Below, one piece after another: positions 28,158 to 36,682 of a stretch of DNA of 64,000 nt (position 1 is the stretch's first letter; every line of letters begins with the position of its first letter). Under the pieces are notes generated by a model, which did not search any database, had not been told where the DNA came from, and saw only the letters and a list, made by a program, of their open reading frames with translations. Position numbers and translations under genes: made by a program. Where the stretch lies: contig JAZUCE010000015.1 in the NCBI GenBank assembly GCA_045638905.1, forward strand, positions 28,850 to 92,849, read 5' to 3'. Source of the stretch: Faecalimonas sp. GTDB taxonomy: Bacteria > Bacillota > Clostridia > Lachnospirales > Lachnospiraceae.

Positions 28158-29426
28158 TTATCCTTTCACTTCTTTATACACACTTTCATAAATTCGTTTA
28201 AGACACTCCACATTATCATGTCTATCATATAATTTTCTTGCATGCTCATATGCCCTGTTTCCAAGATCCTTAACTGATTCTTTTTCTTCAAAAACTTTAC
28301 ATATATATTTTGCCATCATGGAAGGATCATCGTTCGGATACAAATATCCTTCTGCCTCATCAGTAAGAATATCCTTTGTTCCTCCTACACAAGAAGCAAC
28401 AACTGGCATTCCCAATAACATAGCTTCACCTATGGAGTTAGATGAATTCTCCATACTTGATGCAGAAACAAAAACATTTGCTCTCAAGAACTGCTTGCAC
28501 ATTTCTTCTTCATTTAACCAACCAAGATAAATCACTTTGTCTCCTAATTTCAATCTATTTATCAATCTTTTTACATATTGATAATATTTTGACATCCGAT
28601 AAAATGGAAGTTTTCTTGGGTCGTTACCAACAACATATATTTTTGCATCAGGATACTCCAACAAAATTTTTGGCATTGCTTCTAACACTCTATGAAAACC
28701 TTTCAAAGGGTAGCTAGACGCACTTACAAAAATAGTGTGTTTCTCACAATTTTCGTATTGCCAAATGTTTCCCTTAATATAAAAGCTTTCTCGCAAAGTT
28801 TCACTGCAATAATGATATTTAGCTTTTGGATTTGACTTGAGCGAACTCACTTTATCAAACTCTGTTCGTCCGATTACATGTCGGACCAATGCTAGCGTTT
28901 CACTCTCAATCTTGGCACGTCTGCTAAAACTCATTTCCCTCCTATGCACATTATCCAATCTACATAGATCTCTAAGTGTATATCCATAAACCACGTTCCA
29001 TGGAACACCGGCGCGATAGTTTTCTGCAATGGCCGCACACACACCCTGTATACTACATATGGTTCTTTCCGGTCGTCCCCAAACTTTTGCCATTGCAAGC
29101 GAATGCGCATACTCCGTTCCCCAAATATGAACAACATCCGGCTTAAAATCTTCAATAATACTGATAAAATCCGCTTCTAATTTATCATCATATTTTTCCT
29201 CTGGACATTTCGGAGAACGAAAGCCGTAATATTGTATCGTACCAACTTTTCCCCTAAACATTTTTCTTGACACATCTTGTGGGAAAACAACTGCGATGTT
29301 TAATTCTTCCTGCTCCCGAATCGCTTCCAAACCACTGGAAATCCATCCTCCCCCAATAGGCATTTCCATTCCCAGCTTTTCTGCAATAATCACTGGAGCA
29401 ATATTACACAGCCAAAGAATCTTCAT
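28158..29426 (-). CDS. Glycosyltransferase family 4
   Basis: HIWGTE, PLKGFH and ENSSNSIGEAM motifs; start MKILWLC. Confidence 0.9.
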   Translation of the reverse strand: MKILWLCNIAPVIIAEKLGMEMPIGGGWISSGLEAIREQEELNIAVVFPQDVSRKMFRGKVGTIQYYGFRSPKCPEEKYDDKLEADFISIIEDFKPDVVHIWGTEYAHSLAMAKVWGRPERTICSIQGVCAAIAENYRAGVPWNVVYGYTLRDLCRLDNVHRREMSFSRRAKIESETLALVRHVIGRTEFDKVSSLKSNPKAKYHYCSETLRESFYIKGNIWQYENCEKHTIFVSASSYPLKGFHRVLEAMPKILLEYPDAKIYVVGNDPRKLPFYRMSKYYQYVKRLINRLKLGDKVIYLGWLNEEEMCKQFLRANVFVSASSMENSSNSIGEAMLLGMPVVASCVGGTKDILTDEAEGYLYPNDDPSMMAKYICKVFEEKESVKDLGNRAYEHARKLYDRHDNVECLKRIYESVYKEVKG

Positions 29427-30642
29427 TTTGCTTCTCCAATCTTTGAACACAAACCGCAAGCACAAAAAGAATCATGTATATTGTCATGAAAGTACTTGGA
29501 TTAAGAATTGACACTGCTACAAAGGCTAACCAAGTCAATAATATTGTACTATTCAACGCTTTTCCATTTTCTCTAATTACAAGCCAATAGACAACAATAA
29601 AGATAATACTCACAAGCAACAAGCCCACCAAGCCCATACCAGACATAGTATCAAAGACCATTGAATGTCCTGAGATATTATCCTCTGAAAATTCACCGAT
29701 ATTATTTCCTATAACAGGACTCTCCGAGAATTTTTTTAGACAATGCTTGTAATGGTCAATTCTATCAGTGGATGTCTCTGTATGTATCATAGCTCCTTCT
29801 AAAAGTTGGGAAACTTGTAACAATCTATCACCAACATATTCTATTCCAATATGTTCACTCACATATTTGAATCCACCAGAAATTTTTTCCATTATACTGC
29901 TCGTGTCAAAGAGAAAAACTGTCGACAATAATATCATTGTGACAATCATCGTTTTCTTAAACCTTTTCATTACAGTTAAGATTAAAATAATTGCTGCTAT
30001 AATGATAGCAATCGTGTATTGGCTCCTATATATACAGTAAATATTAATAAGTAATGCAACAATATTGACAATCTTCCATGTTTTATTTGTTTGTTTTATA
30101 AGCCATATGAGAATTGGTAAAAGTAGTACAAGTGCATATACGTGTTGATACCCACCTATATTTCGTATTGTATACCTGGTTGTGTCATACATTTCTGATG
30201 CTGTTGCTAATTCTCGAGATGCGTTTGGATACATAACCAAGCCAATAATAGTTGTAAGACTGGTAATTGTGGTCGCGATAATATATATTTGCAAATAATT
30301 CCTTACAAACTTGTCATTATTACTTTCCTTGATATACAAAGCAATGATACAAGGCAACCAAACGATAATCCCATCAATCATCCATCTGAAAAACTCTTCA
30401 TTTCTGTAAATACCCCAATACTGCAAAAGCACGAATACAATTGCAGCAGCCATGGTATAACAAACTGTCATAAGGGTTCTTTTATATCTAAATAATCTAT
30501 ATGTAACCAGTAAAAAAGGTAACAAAGTAATATACCAACTACAATAATAGTCGATAACAGGCAATGCTACGATAAATAAACTAATATAGCATGCAAACTG
30601 ATATATGTTTAGATAAATTCCTTTCGGTTTCTTAAACTTCAT
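29404..30642 (-). CDS. Putative Wzy polymerase / O-antigen ligase family membrane protein (module B)
   Basis: About 10 TM segments; loop R...P..G...GHS typical of Wzy_C. Confidence 0.7.
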   Translation of the reverse strand: MKFKKPKGIYLNIYQFACYISLFIVALPVIDYYCSWYITLLPFLLVTYRLFRYKRTLMTVCYTMAAAIVFVLLQYWGIYRNEEFFRWMIDGIIVWLPCIIALYIKESNNDKFVRNYLQIYIIATTITSLTTIIGLVMYPNASRELATASEMYDTTRYTIRNIGGYQHVYALVLLLPILIWLIKQTNKTWKIVNIVALLINIYCIYRSQYTIAIIIAAIILILTVMKRFKKTMIVTMILLSTVFLFDTSSIMEKISGGFKYVSEHIGIEYVGDRLLQVSQLLEGAMIHTETSTDRIDHYKHCLKKFSESPVIGNNIGEFSEDNISGHSMVFDTMSGMGLVGLLLVSIIFIVVYWLVIRENGKALNSTILLTWLAFVAVSILNPSTFMTIYMILFVLAVCVQRLEKQNEDSLAV

Positions 30643-30649
30643 AATTATA

Positions 30650-31621
30650 TTAATTCCTCACTAGTAATGAATGTATAATTGATAAGATTTTCAAAACTGC
30701 AAAATGCTTTTTTTCTGCAAAATATAAAAAGACTCTTTTATAAGCCGGAAGTTCTTTAATATGTCTATTTGCTTTCCACATTGGAAATTCAGTCTCAAAA
30801 TCCAATAAAATTCTTTTTGCCTCTCTTGTGTTATAACTGTATTTAAATAAATTTAAAAGTCCTCCATAAATCAAATTACGAATGCCAATAATCTCAAGTT
30901 GTTCGCTGTATTTATCAGATACATTTTTTTTCACATAAGAGAAAGACTGAATTAATGCTTGTACCACTTTATCGTTTGCTTTCATGGATGCTGAATTTTC
31001 ACGATATAAATAATTATAAAGGCACTCATTTACCACTCCAAAGGATTGAGATTTTGCAATCATAGCAGGAATAATTGCCATATCCTCTCCATTTCGCAAA
31101 TCCGGAAAATCAACTTTTTCGATAATGCTACGTTTCACCATTATGACACACAAGCTGTCAATTGGTAACTGTAATACTTTTTCTACAGATAATTTGTTTG
31201 GCATAATTGGTAACATATGTGAATTTTTCTTTACTTTTCTCTTTTTGACAGAGACAGTTTGATACCCACAAAAAACCATATCTGCATCGTTTTCTTCCGC
31301 CTTTTGAACCATCAATTCCAAATAGTTTGGTTCGTACCAGTCATCATTATCACAAAAAGCAATGTATTTGGAAGTTGAAGCATCAATACCTTTCTTTCTT
31401 GCAATTGACGGACCCATGTTGCGTTCATTTTGAAGATATCGTAACATCAAATTGCTATTAACTTGATATTTTTCAATACAAGAAAGCGTTTCGTCCGTGG
31501 AACAATCATCAACTAAAATCACTTCAAAATCACGAAAACTTTGTTCTTCCATTGCTTGCAAACACTTTTCAATATAAGCAGAAGCATTATAACACGGAAC
31601 AATAACTGATACGTATGGCAT
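30650..31621 (-). CDS. Glycosyltransferase family 2
   Basis: SVIVPCYN, VDDCSTD, FCDNDD and GED motifs. Confidence 0.92.
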   Translation of the reverse strand: MPYVSVIVPCYNASAYIEKCLQAMEEQSFRDFEVILVDDCSTDETLSCIEKYQVNSNLMLRYLQNERNMGPSIARKKGIDASTSKYIAFCDNDDWYEPNYLELMVQKAEENDADMVFCGYQTVSVKKRKVKKNSHMLPIMPNKLSVEKVLQLPIDSLCVIMVKRSIIEKVDFPDLRNGEDMAIIPAMIAKSQSFGVVNECLYNYLYRENSASMKANDKVVQALIQSFSYVKKNVSDKYSEQLEIIGIRNLIYGGLLNLFKYSYNTREAKRILLDFETEFPMWKANRHIKELPAYKRVFLYFAEKKHFAVLKILSIIHSLLVRN

Positions 31622-31624
31622 TCT

Positions 31625-32455
31625 CTAATCCCTCGCAAATTTTCTAAATACATATCCCCTAACCGAATTTGGCAAAAGAACTTGTACAATCCATCTTTTT
31701 AAAACATTAATCGTATAGATTTTTTTACTTATAATTTTGTGCTCCAACATATATTGTTGAATTCTTTTTTCACTCTTAAAATACTCTTTTCCCCCGCGGC
31801 GTCGGTACATATCTTTTCCAATACGAACATTCACCAACATTGTCCCTGTATTTCCAAATACACAGTTTTGCCTTAACATGCGTAGCCATAAATAATAGTC
31901 TTCATTGCAGAACCATTCTATATAATTGCCCACCTTAAGTACCGCGCTTTTCTTGTACATAACAGTAACGTGGTTCATTGCGCATCGATATCGCATATAA
32001 TCTTTGATTTCGTCATCCACACACGGCACTGTCCGTTTGGACACAATATTTTCCTCAGTATCAATAAACTCCGAAATGTCTCCTCCGACGATATCTAAAT
32101 CGGGATGGTCTCTAAAAAGAGTCAGCTGTTGTTCAAATCGCGTTGACACAGAAATATCATCACTATCCATGTGTGCAACCAATTCATTCTTACATTTCTG
32201 CGTCGCAATATTCAATGCATTACCCAAACCTTGATTTTTTTCAAGGCGGATTACATTAAAATTATTATGTAGTGCTTCATATTTTTGAATTACTTCATTA
32301 ATTTCTTCAGAAACCGGTCCATCCACAACCAACACAACTTCCTCCGGTTTTACGCTTTGTTCTATCGTGATACTTCTTAACGCTAAATCAAAATTCTCCG
32401 CCTTATCATTTTTATACACCGATATTACAACAGAAAATGGAGCAAAACTATTCAT
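31625..32455 (-). CDS. Glycosyltransferase family 2 (AmsE/WbbD-like)
   Basis: SVYKND, VVDGP, MDSDD, NHVTVMY, EDYYLW and RRGG motifs. Confidence 0.9.
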   Translation of the reverse strand: MNSFAPFSVVISVYKNDKAENFDLALRSITIEQSVKPEEVVLVVDGPVSEEINEVIQKYEALHNNFNVIRLEKNQGLGNALNIATQKCKNELVAHMDSDDISVSTRFEQQLTLFRDHPDLDIVGGDISEFIDTEENIVSKRTVPCVDDEIKDYMRYRCAMNHVTVMYKKSAVLKVGNYIEWFCNEDYYLWLRMLRQNCVFGNTGTMLVNVRIGKDMYRRRGGKEYFKSEKRIQQYMLEHKIISKKIYTINVLKRWIVQVLLPNSVRGYVFRKFARD

Positions 32456-32465
32456 TCCAACAACC

Positions 32466-33143
32466 TCACATCATCAATTTCTTGGCTTCTTCCTGTTTTT
32501 CATTGTATGTACTTTGACTTACGTTTCCTTTACGCAATAAATAATCACCAAAGTCTTCTGCAGTCGCCATGTCATCATAGGTAATGCCTTCTTTTTCTAC
32601 AAATGCCACCGGAATGGTCTTTAAAATAATTTTTAAATCGTTCCAAAAAGTAATCTTCTTGATATATTCCAAGTCATATTCCAGTTTGTGTTCCCATTCT
32701 ATGGAATTTCTTCCGCTTACTTGCGACAATCCTGATAATCCAGGGGTTACACTATGCCTTTTACGTTGTTCTTCTGTCATAAAAACCATATCCCGCACCA
32801 AAAGAGGTCTTGGTCCCACAAAACTCATATCACCTTTTAATATATTATACAACTCAGGCAATTCGTCTAAACTGGTGGCGCGTAACAGTTCTCCGAATTT
32901 TGTTAATCTCACCTCATCCGGTAATAATTCTCCGTTTTCGTCTCTTTCATCCGTCATCGTTCGAAATTTATACAACCAGAAGATTTTTTCATTTTTCCCT
33001 GGTCGTTGTTGTTTGAATAGCACTGGACTTCCCAACTTTATTCTGACTAGTATTGCAACAACTAAAAGAACAGGAGAAAGAATGATTAGTGCCAATAATG
33101 CCATAATAAAATCTATAATACGTTTACAATATTTCTCATACAT
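32466..33143 (-). CDS. Initiating phosphoglycosyl (sugar) transferase, module B
   Basis: [23 protein letters not shown] and PGLSGLSQVSGRN motifs. Confidence 0.93.
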   Translation of the reverse strand: MYEKYCKRIIDFIMALLALIILSPVLLVVAILVRIKLGSPVLFKQQRPGKNEKIFWLYKFRTMTDERDENGELLPDEVRLTKFGELLRATSLDELPELYNILKGDMSFVGPRPLLVRDMVFMTEEQRKRHSVTPGLSGLSQVSGRNSIEWEHKLEYDLEYIKKITFWNDLKIILKTIPVAFVEKEGITYDDMATAEDFGDYLLRKGNVSQSTYNEKQEEAKKLMM

Positions 33144-33201
33144 AATTTGTTTCCTTTTATCGCTTTATTTACCTAGTAAACTTTTACTTACTTAATAATT
33201 A

Positions 33202-33230
33202 ATTTTATCATTAATCTCTATCATTTACAA
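33202..33230 (-). promoter_or_regulatory. Promoter for module B
   Basis: TTGTAA-17bp-TAAAAT with TGn extension. Confidence 0.7.
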
Positions 33231-33285
33231 GCAAAAGTTCGATTGTAAACTGTCTTCAAAATCAGTTCACAAGGAACACCACACT

Positions 33286-33336
33286 AAAAAAATGCCACGG
33301 TAGAGGTTTGTTTTAGCTCTCCCACCATAGCATTTT
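33286..33336 (-). terminator. Rho-independent terminator after fnlA copy 2
   Basis: Minus-strand stem atgctatggtggg/tctaccgtggcat (G-U pairs) followed by a T-tract. Confidence 0.7.
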
Positions 33337-33348
33337 CAAATAGTTCAT

Positions 33349-34389
33349 TTATTTATTTTCCCATTCCGCCTTCTCATCACGAATATATTTCAATTCTAAC
33401 AACTTCGCCTTAACTTCTTCCACATTCAAAAGCTCCGTATTATTTGAATTAAATTCAGTCAACGGATTACGGTCCACATCACCCTCTTTGAAATACTTAT
33501 CGTAATTCAAATCACGCTTGTCACATGGCACACGATAGAAATCACCCATATCGATGGCATTGCCGCACTCTTCGTTGGTCAAAAGTGTCTCATACATCTT
33601 TTCCCCGTGGCGAATACCAATTACCTTAATTTCACTATCCGCATGGAACAATTCCTTCACAGCCTGTGCCAATACTTCAATGGTACAAGCAGGCGCCTTC
33701 TGCACCATAATATCTCCGGATTCTGCATTCTGGAATGCAAATACAACCAATTCCACAGCCTCTTCCAAGCTCATGATGAAACGTGTCATGGTTGGTTCTG
33801 TCACTGTCAAATCCTTGCCATCCTTAATCTGGCTGATAAATAGCGGAATAACAGAGCCACGTGAGCACATAACATTTCCGTAACGTGTACAGCAAATGCT
33901 TGTCTTCTCCGGAGAAATCGTTCTTGATTTCGCAACAATTACCTTCTCCATCATAGCCTTTGAAGTTCCCATCGCATTTACCGGGTACGCAGCTTTGTCA
34001 GTCGATAAGCAGATAACCTTCTTCACGCCAGCTTCGATTGCAGCCGTCAAAACATTCTCTGTACCAAGTACGTTTGTCTTCACTGCTTCAATTGGGAAAA
34101 ACTCGCATGACGGAACCTGTTTCAAAGCAGCTGCATGGAAAATGTAATCCACCCCATGCATTGCATTACGCACGCTCTGGATGTCACGCACATCACCTAT
34201 GTAGAATTTCAATTTGTCACTGTATTGCGGAAATTCTTTCCGATAAAAATGACGCATATTATCCTGCTTCAATTCATCACGCGAAAAAATGCGAATCTCC
34301 TTAATATCGGTTGTCAAAAAACGGTCTAGTACGGCATTACCAAATGATCCCGTACCACCGGTGATTAATAAAGTTTTTCCATTGAACAT
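33349..34389 (-). CDS. fnlA: CapE/FnlA UDP-GlcNAc 4,6-dehydratase/5-epimerase (copy 2)
   Basis: Same motifs as copy 1; 10 of 346 residues differ by manual count. Confidence 0.95.
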   Translation of the reverse strand: MFNGKTLLITGGTGSFGNAVLDRFLTTDIKEIRIFSRDELKQDNMRHFYRKEFPQYSDKLKFYIGDVRDIQSVRNAMHGVDYIFHAAALKQVPSCEFFPIEAVKTNVLGTENVLTAAIEAGVKKVICLSTDKAAYPVNAMGTSKAMMEKVIVAKSRTISPEKTSICCTRYGNVMCSRGSVIPLFISQIKDGKDLTVTEPTMTRFIMSLEEAVELVVFAFQNAESGDIMVQKAPACTIEVLAQAVKELFHADSEIKVIGIRHGEKMYETLLTNEECGNAIDMGDFYRVPCDKRDLNYDKYFKEGDVDRNPLTEFNSNNTELLNVEEVKAKLLELKYIRDEKAEWENK

Positions 34390-34411
34390 GAATATTGTCT
34401 CCTTAATTCAT

Positions 34412-35578
34412 TTATAGTAAATGTTTCATACCTAATTCATCATATAATTTGCTAAGTCTTTTTACTTCATCATCCTGTGTATGCAGCAGTCTCTGGATAC
34501 GTGAAATATTCTTCCTTCTTTTTCTAAAAACGTTTATCCATCTCGCACCCCAAGTAAATGGCAAAAGAATTGGCACTTTCTTAAGAACCGGATATAAAAA
34601 TGTCATCGTCTTATACGGTGGAAAAATTGCTGTTATAATCGCTCTCCATCTTGCTCCTTCATTCACACTTTCTCCTGACTGTTTCACGACTTCCAAAATC
34701 TCTTTATGCTCTTGAGTACCCAGATATCCACTTTCCACGATATACGTACCCAACTCATCATAAAATTCATTGGACTCTGCACCAAGAAACCATATCTCTG
34801 CTAATTTCTCCGCATGACAAGCAAATGTATACAAACCAGCCTTTTGAAGCTCCTGTTTGATATACTCGCGGTCCATAACATGACCATATTTATCCAAATA
34901 AACACGAATATCTAACACCGAACGGATTCCCACGCCTCCATGTGCAAAATGGTATGCCATATGGCCAATCACATGGATGTAGAAATCTTCTAATGATAAC
35001 TCATATGTATAGGCATGCCCTTCTTTCAAATATGCTCTCTCGAAACCAATCTGGAAATAATCTTCCATTTCACCTACAATGAGCAACTTATGTAATTCCA
35101 CATTACAGATCCCTAAAAAGGTATAAATGTCATGATGCTCGTCATATCTCCACGCCTCAAATCCTAATTCTGGCATGATTTGACGTGTTTTCTTCAACTT
35201 TTTAACATCAATCAAAATATCTAAATCAGACATTCTTCGCATAAAAAATTGAGGATATAGATGCTTTAGTATAATCCCTTTCAAAGGCATACACTTAATA
35301 CCATCTTTCTCAAAACGTTCCAGAATCTTTTCTTCATAAACGTCTTGTAACACTGCCTTCTGAAACTCTTCTATGTTCGTCTTATGCAGAAACAAAAGAA
35401 TTCTTTCCGGAACATTGGGAATGTCCTTTACCCGTTCGTGTACCAATGTTACAAATCCGTTCTGCGATACGAGACATAGAAACGTATTCCAGTTGATTTC
35501 CTTTGGGATTTCTGGTGATGGTTTACTATATAAAATTGTAGAAATCAAATTAGTTAAAAAAATTAATTCATTTGTCAT
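34412..35578 (-). CDS. Nucleotidyltransferase family protein (NTP_transf_5-like)
   Basis: PLKG..LK.LYP..R.MSDLDIL, ELH and HGGVGIRSVLD motifs. Confidence 0.88.
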   Translation of the reverse strand: MTNELIFLTNLISTILYSKPSPEIPKEINWNTFLCLVSQNGFVTLVHERVKDIPNVPERILLFLHKTNIEEFQKAVLQDVYEEKILERFEKDGIKCMPLKGIILKHLYPQFFMRRMSDLDILIDVKKLKKTRQIMPELGFEAWRYDEHHDIYTFLGICNVELHKLLIVGEMEDYFQIGFERAYLKEGHAYTYELSLEDFYIHVIGHMAYHFAHGGVGIRSVLDIRVYLDKYGHVMDREYIKQELQKAGLYTFACHAEKLAEIWFLGAESNEFYDELGTYIVESGYLGTQEHKEILEVVKQSGESVNEGARWRAIITAIFPPYKTMTFLYPVLKKVPILLPFTWGARWINVFRKRRKNISRIQRLLHTQDDEVKRLSKLYDELGMKHLL

Positions 35579-35637
35579 TATTAGATTAACCCCACTATTT
35601 CTTATATCAATGCAGAGCCAATGTCAAAACACTGTAA

Positions 35638-36680
35638 TTACTTCTTAATTATAGTTTTTATAAATGCTTTTAGCTTCTGTTTTGCAAACCGTAAATAACG
35701 TCCTGGTTTTTTCGACATCCCCCGGATAAGTTCTTTCATAGTCAGGGCTTCGGGGACATTTGCTCTGAGCAAAAATTCATCAAACATCTTAGGGCTGTAA
35801 ACCCTTGAACGTCTATATGCTGGTTCAATATCTTGGTCAAATATATGACATAAATATTTTTCTAAATTCTCAAGAGTTTTTTGCGGAAATTTTTCATCTA
35901 CAAATATTGGTTGGCGAAGCATTTCAAGATATTTTTCATCATCTTGATCAAGTTCAATAATTGCTTGTATAACATCATCAAAGTTATCATAATCCGAACA
36001 GTTTATAAATGCCTTCGTATTAAAAATGGCCTTAACCGAGTCGCTTCCATAATATACTGGAATTGTATCTAAATAAAATGCATCCACTATTTTTTCCGTG
36101 ATAAATCCTTCATGTTTTGTAGACTCGAAACACAATGTGAACTTGCATTTGCATTGTAACTGTCTTTTGCTATCATCTTCCCAAAAGACTCTATAACCAT
36201 CTTACATATTATTTAAATAGGTTCCCGCTGATTCTACCCTTTTGTATTGGCATAGTTTTTTGTAAAAATCATCCCTGATACTATATTCCGACTCATGTCC
36301 AGCTATAAAATTAGCAAAATATATTTTTTCATTTAATATAGCATCTGGGTAATTCCGATTTTTATTCTGTAAACTTTCACAATGACCAAACTCATCGATA
36401 CAAAACGGGAAGTAAAAACAGCGGTCTTGCAATGATATCGGATAATTACAAATCTCATAATCTATCAAATTCAAATCTGGTATATAATTTTCTCCTTCAT
36501 ACATAATACGTATTTGAGGATATTTGCAATATTCATAGACTGGACCGAATATACTACATATTATATAATCGGCATCATCAGTCACCTCTACATTATAATG
36601 CTTTTTGAGTAATAAATATGTGACATTGTATAATCAAAATCACTATAAAACCCAACAAATTTTATCTTAATAGTTTTCAT
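35638..36680 (-). pseudogene. GT10 alpha-1,3-fucosyltransferase-like pseudogene
   Basis: ATG 36680 (MKTIKIKFVGF); frameshift near 36620; in-frame TAA at 36202-36204; GT10 motif FTLCFES...FITEKIVDAF..TIPVYYG. Confidence 0.85.
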
Positions 36681-36682
36681 GT

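Noticed and set aside
34412-35578. Lasso-peptide (RiPP) cluster suggested by the nucleotidyltransferases
   Set aside because: No precursor, B1/B2 protein, cyclase or ABC exporter is recognisable in the window.
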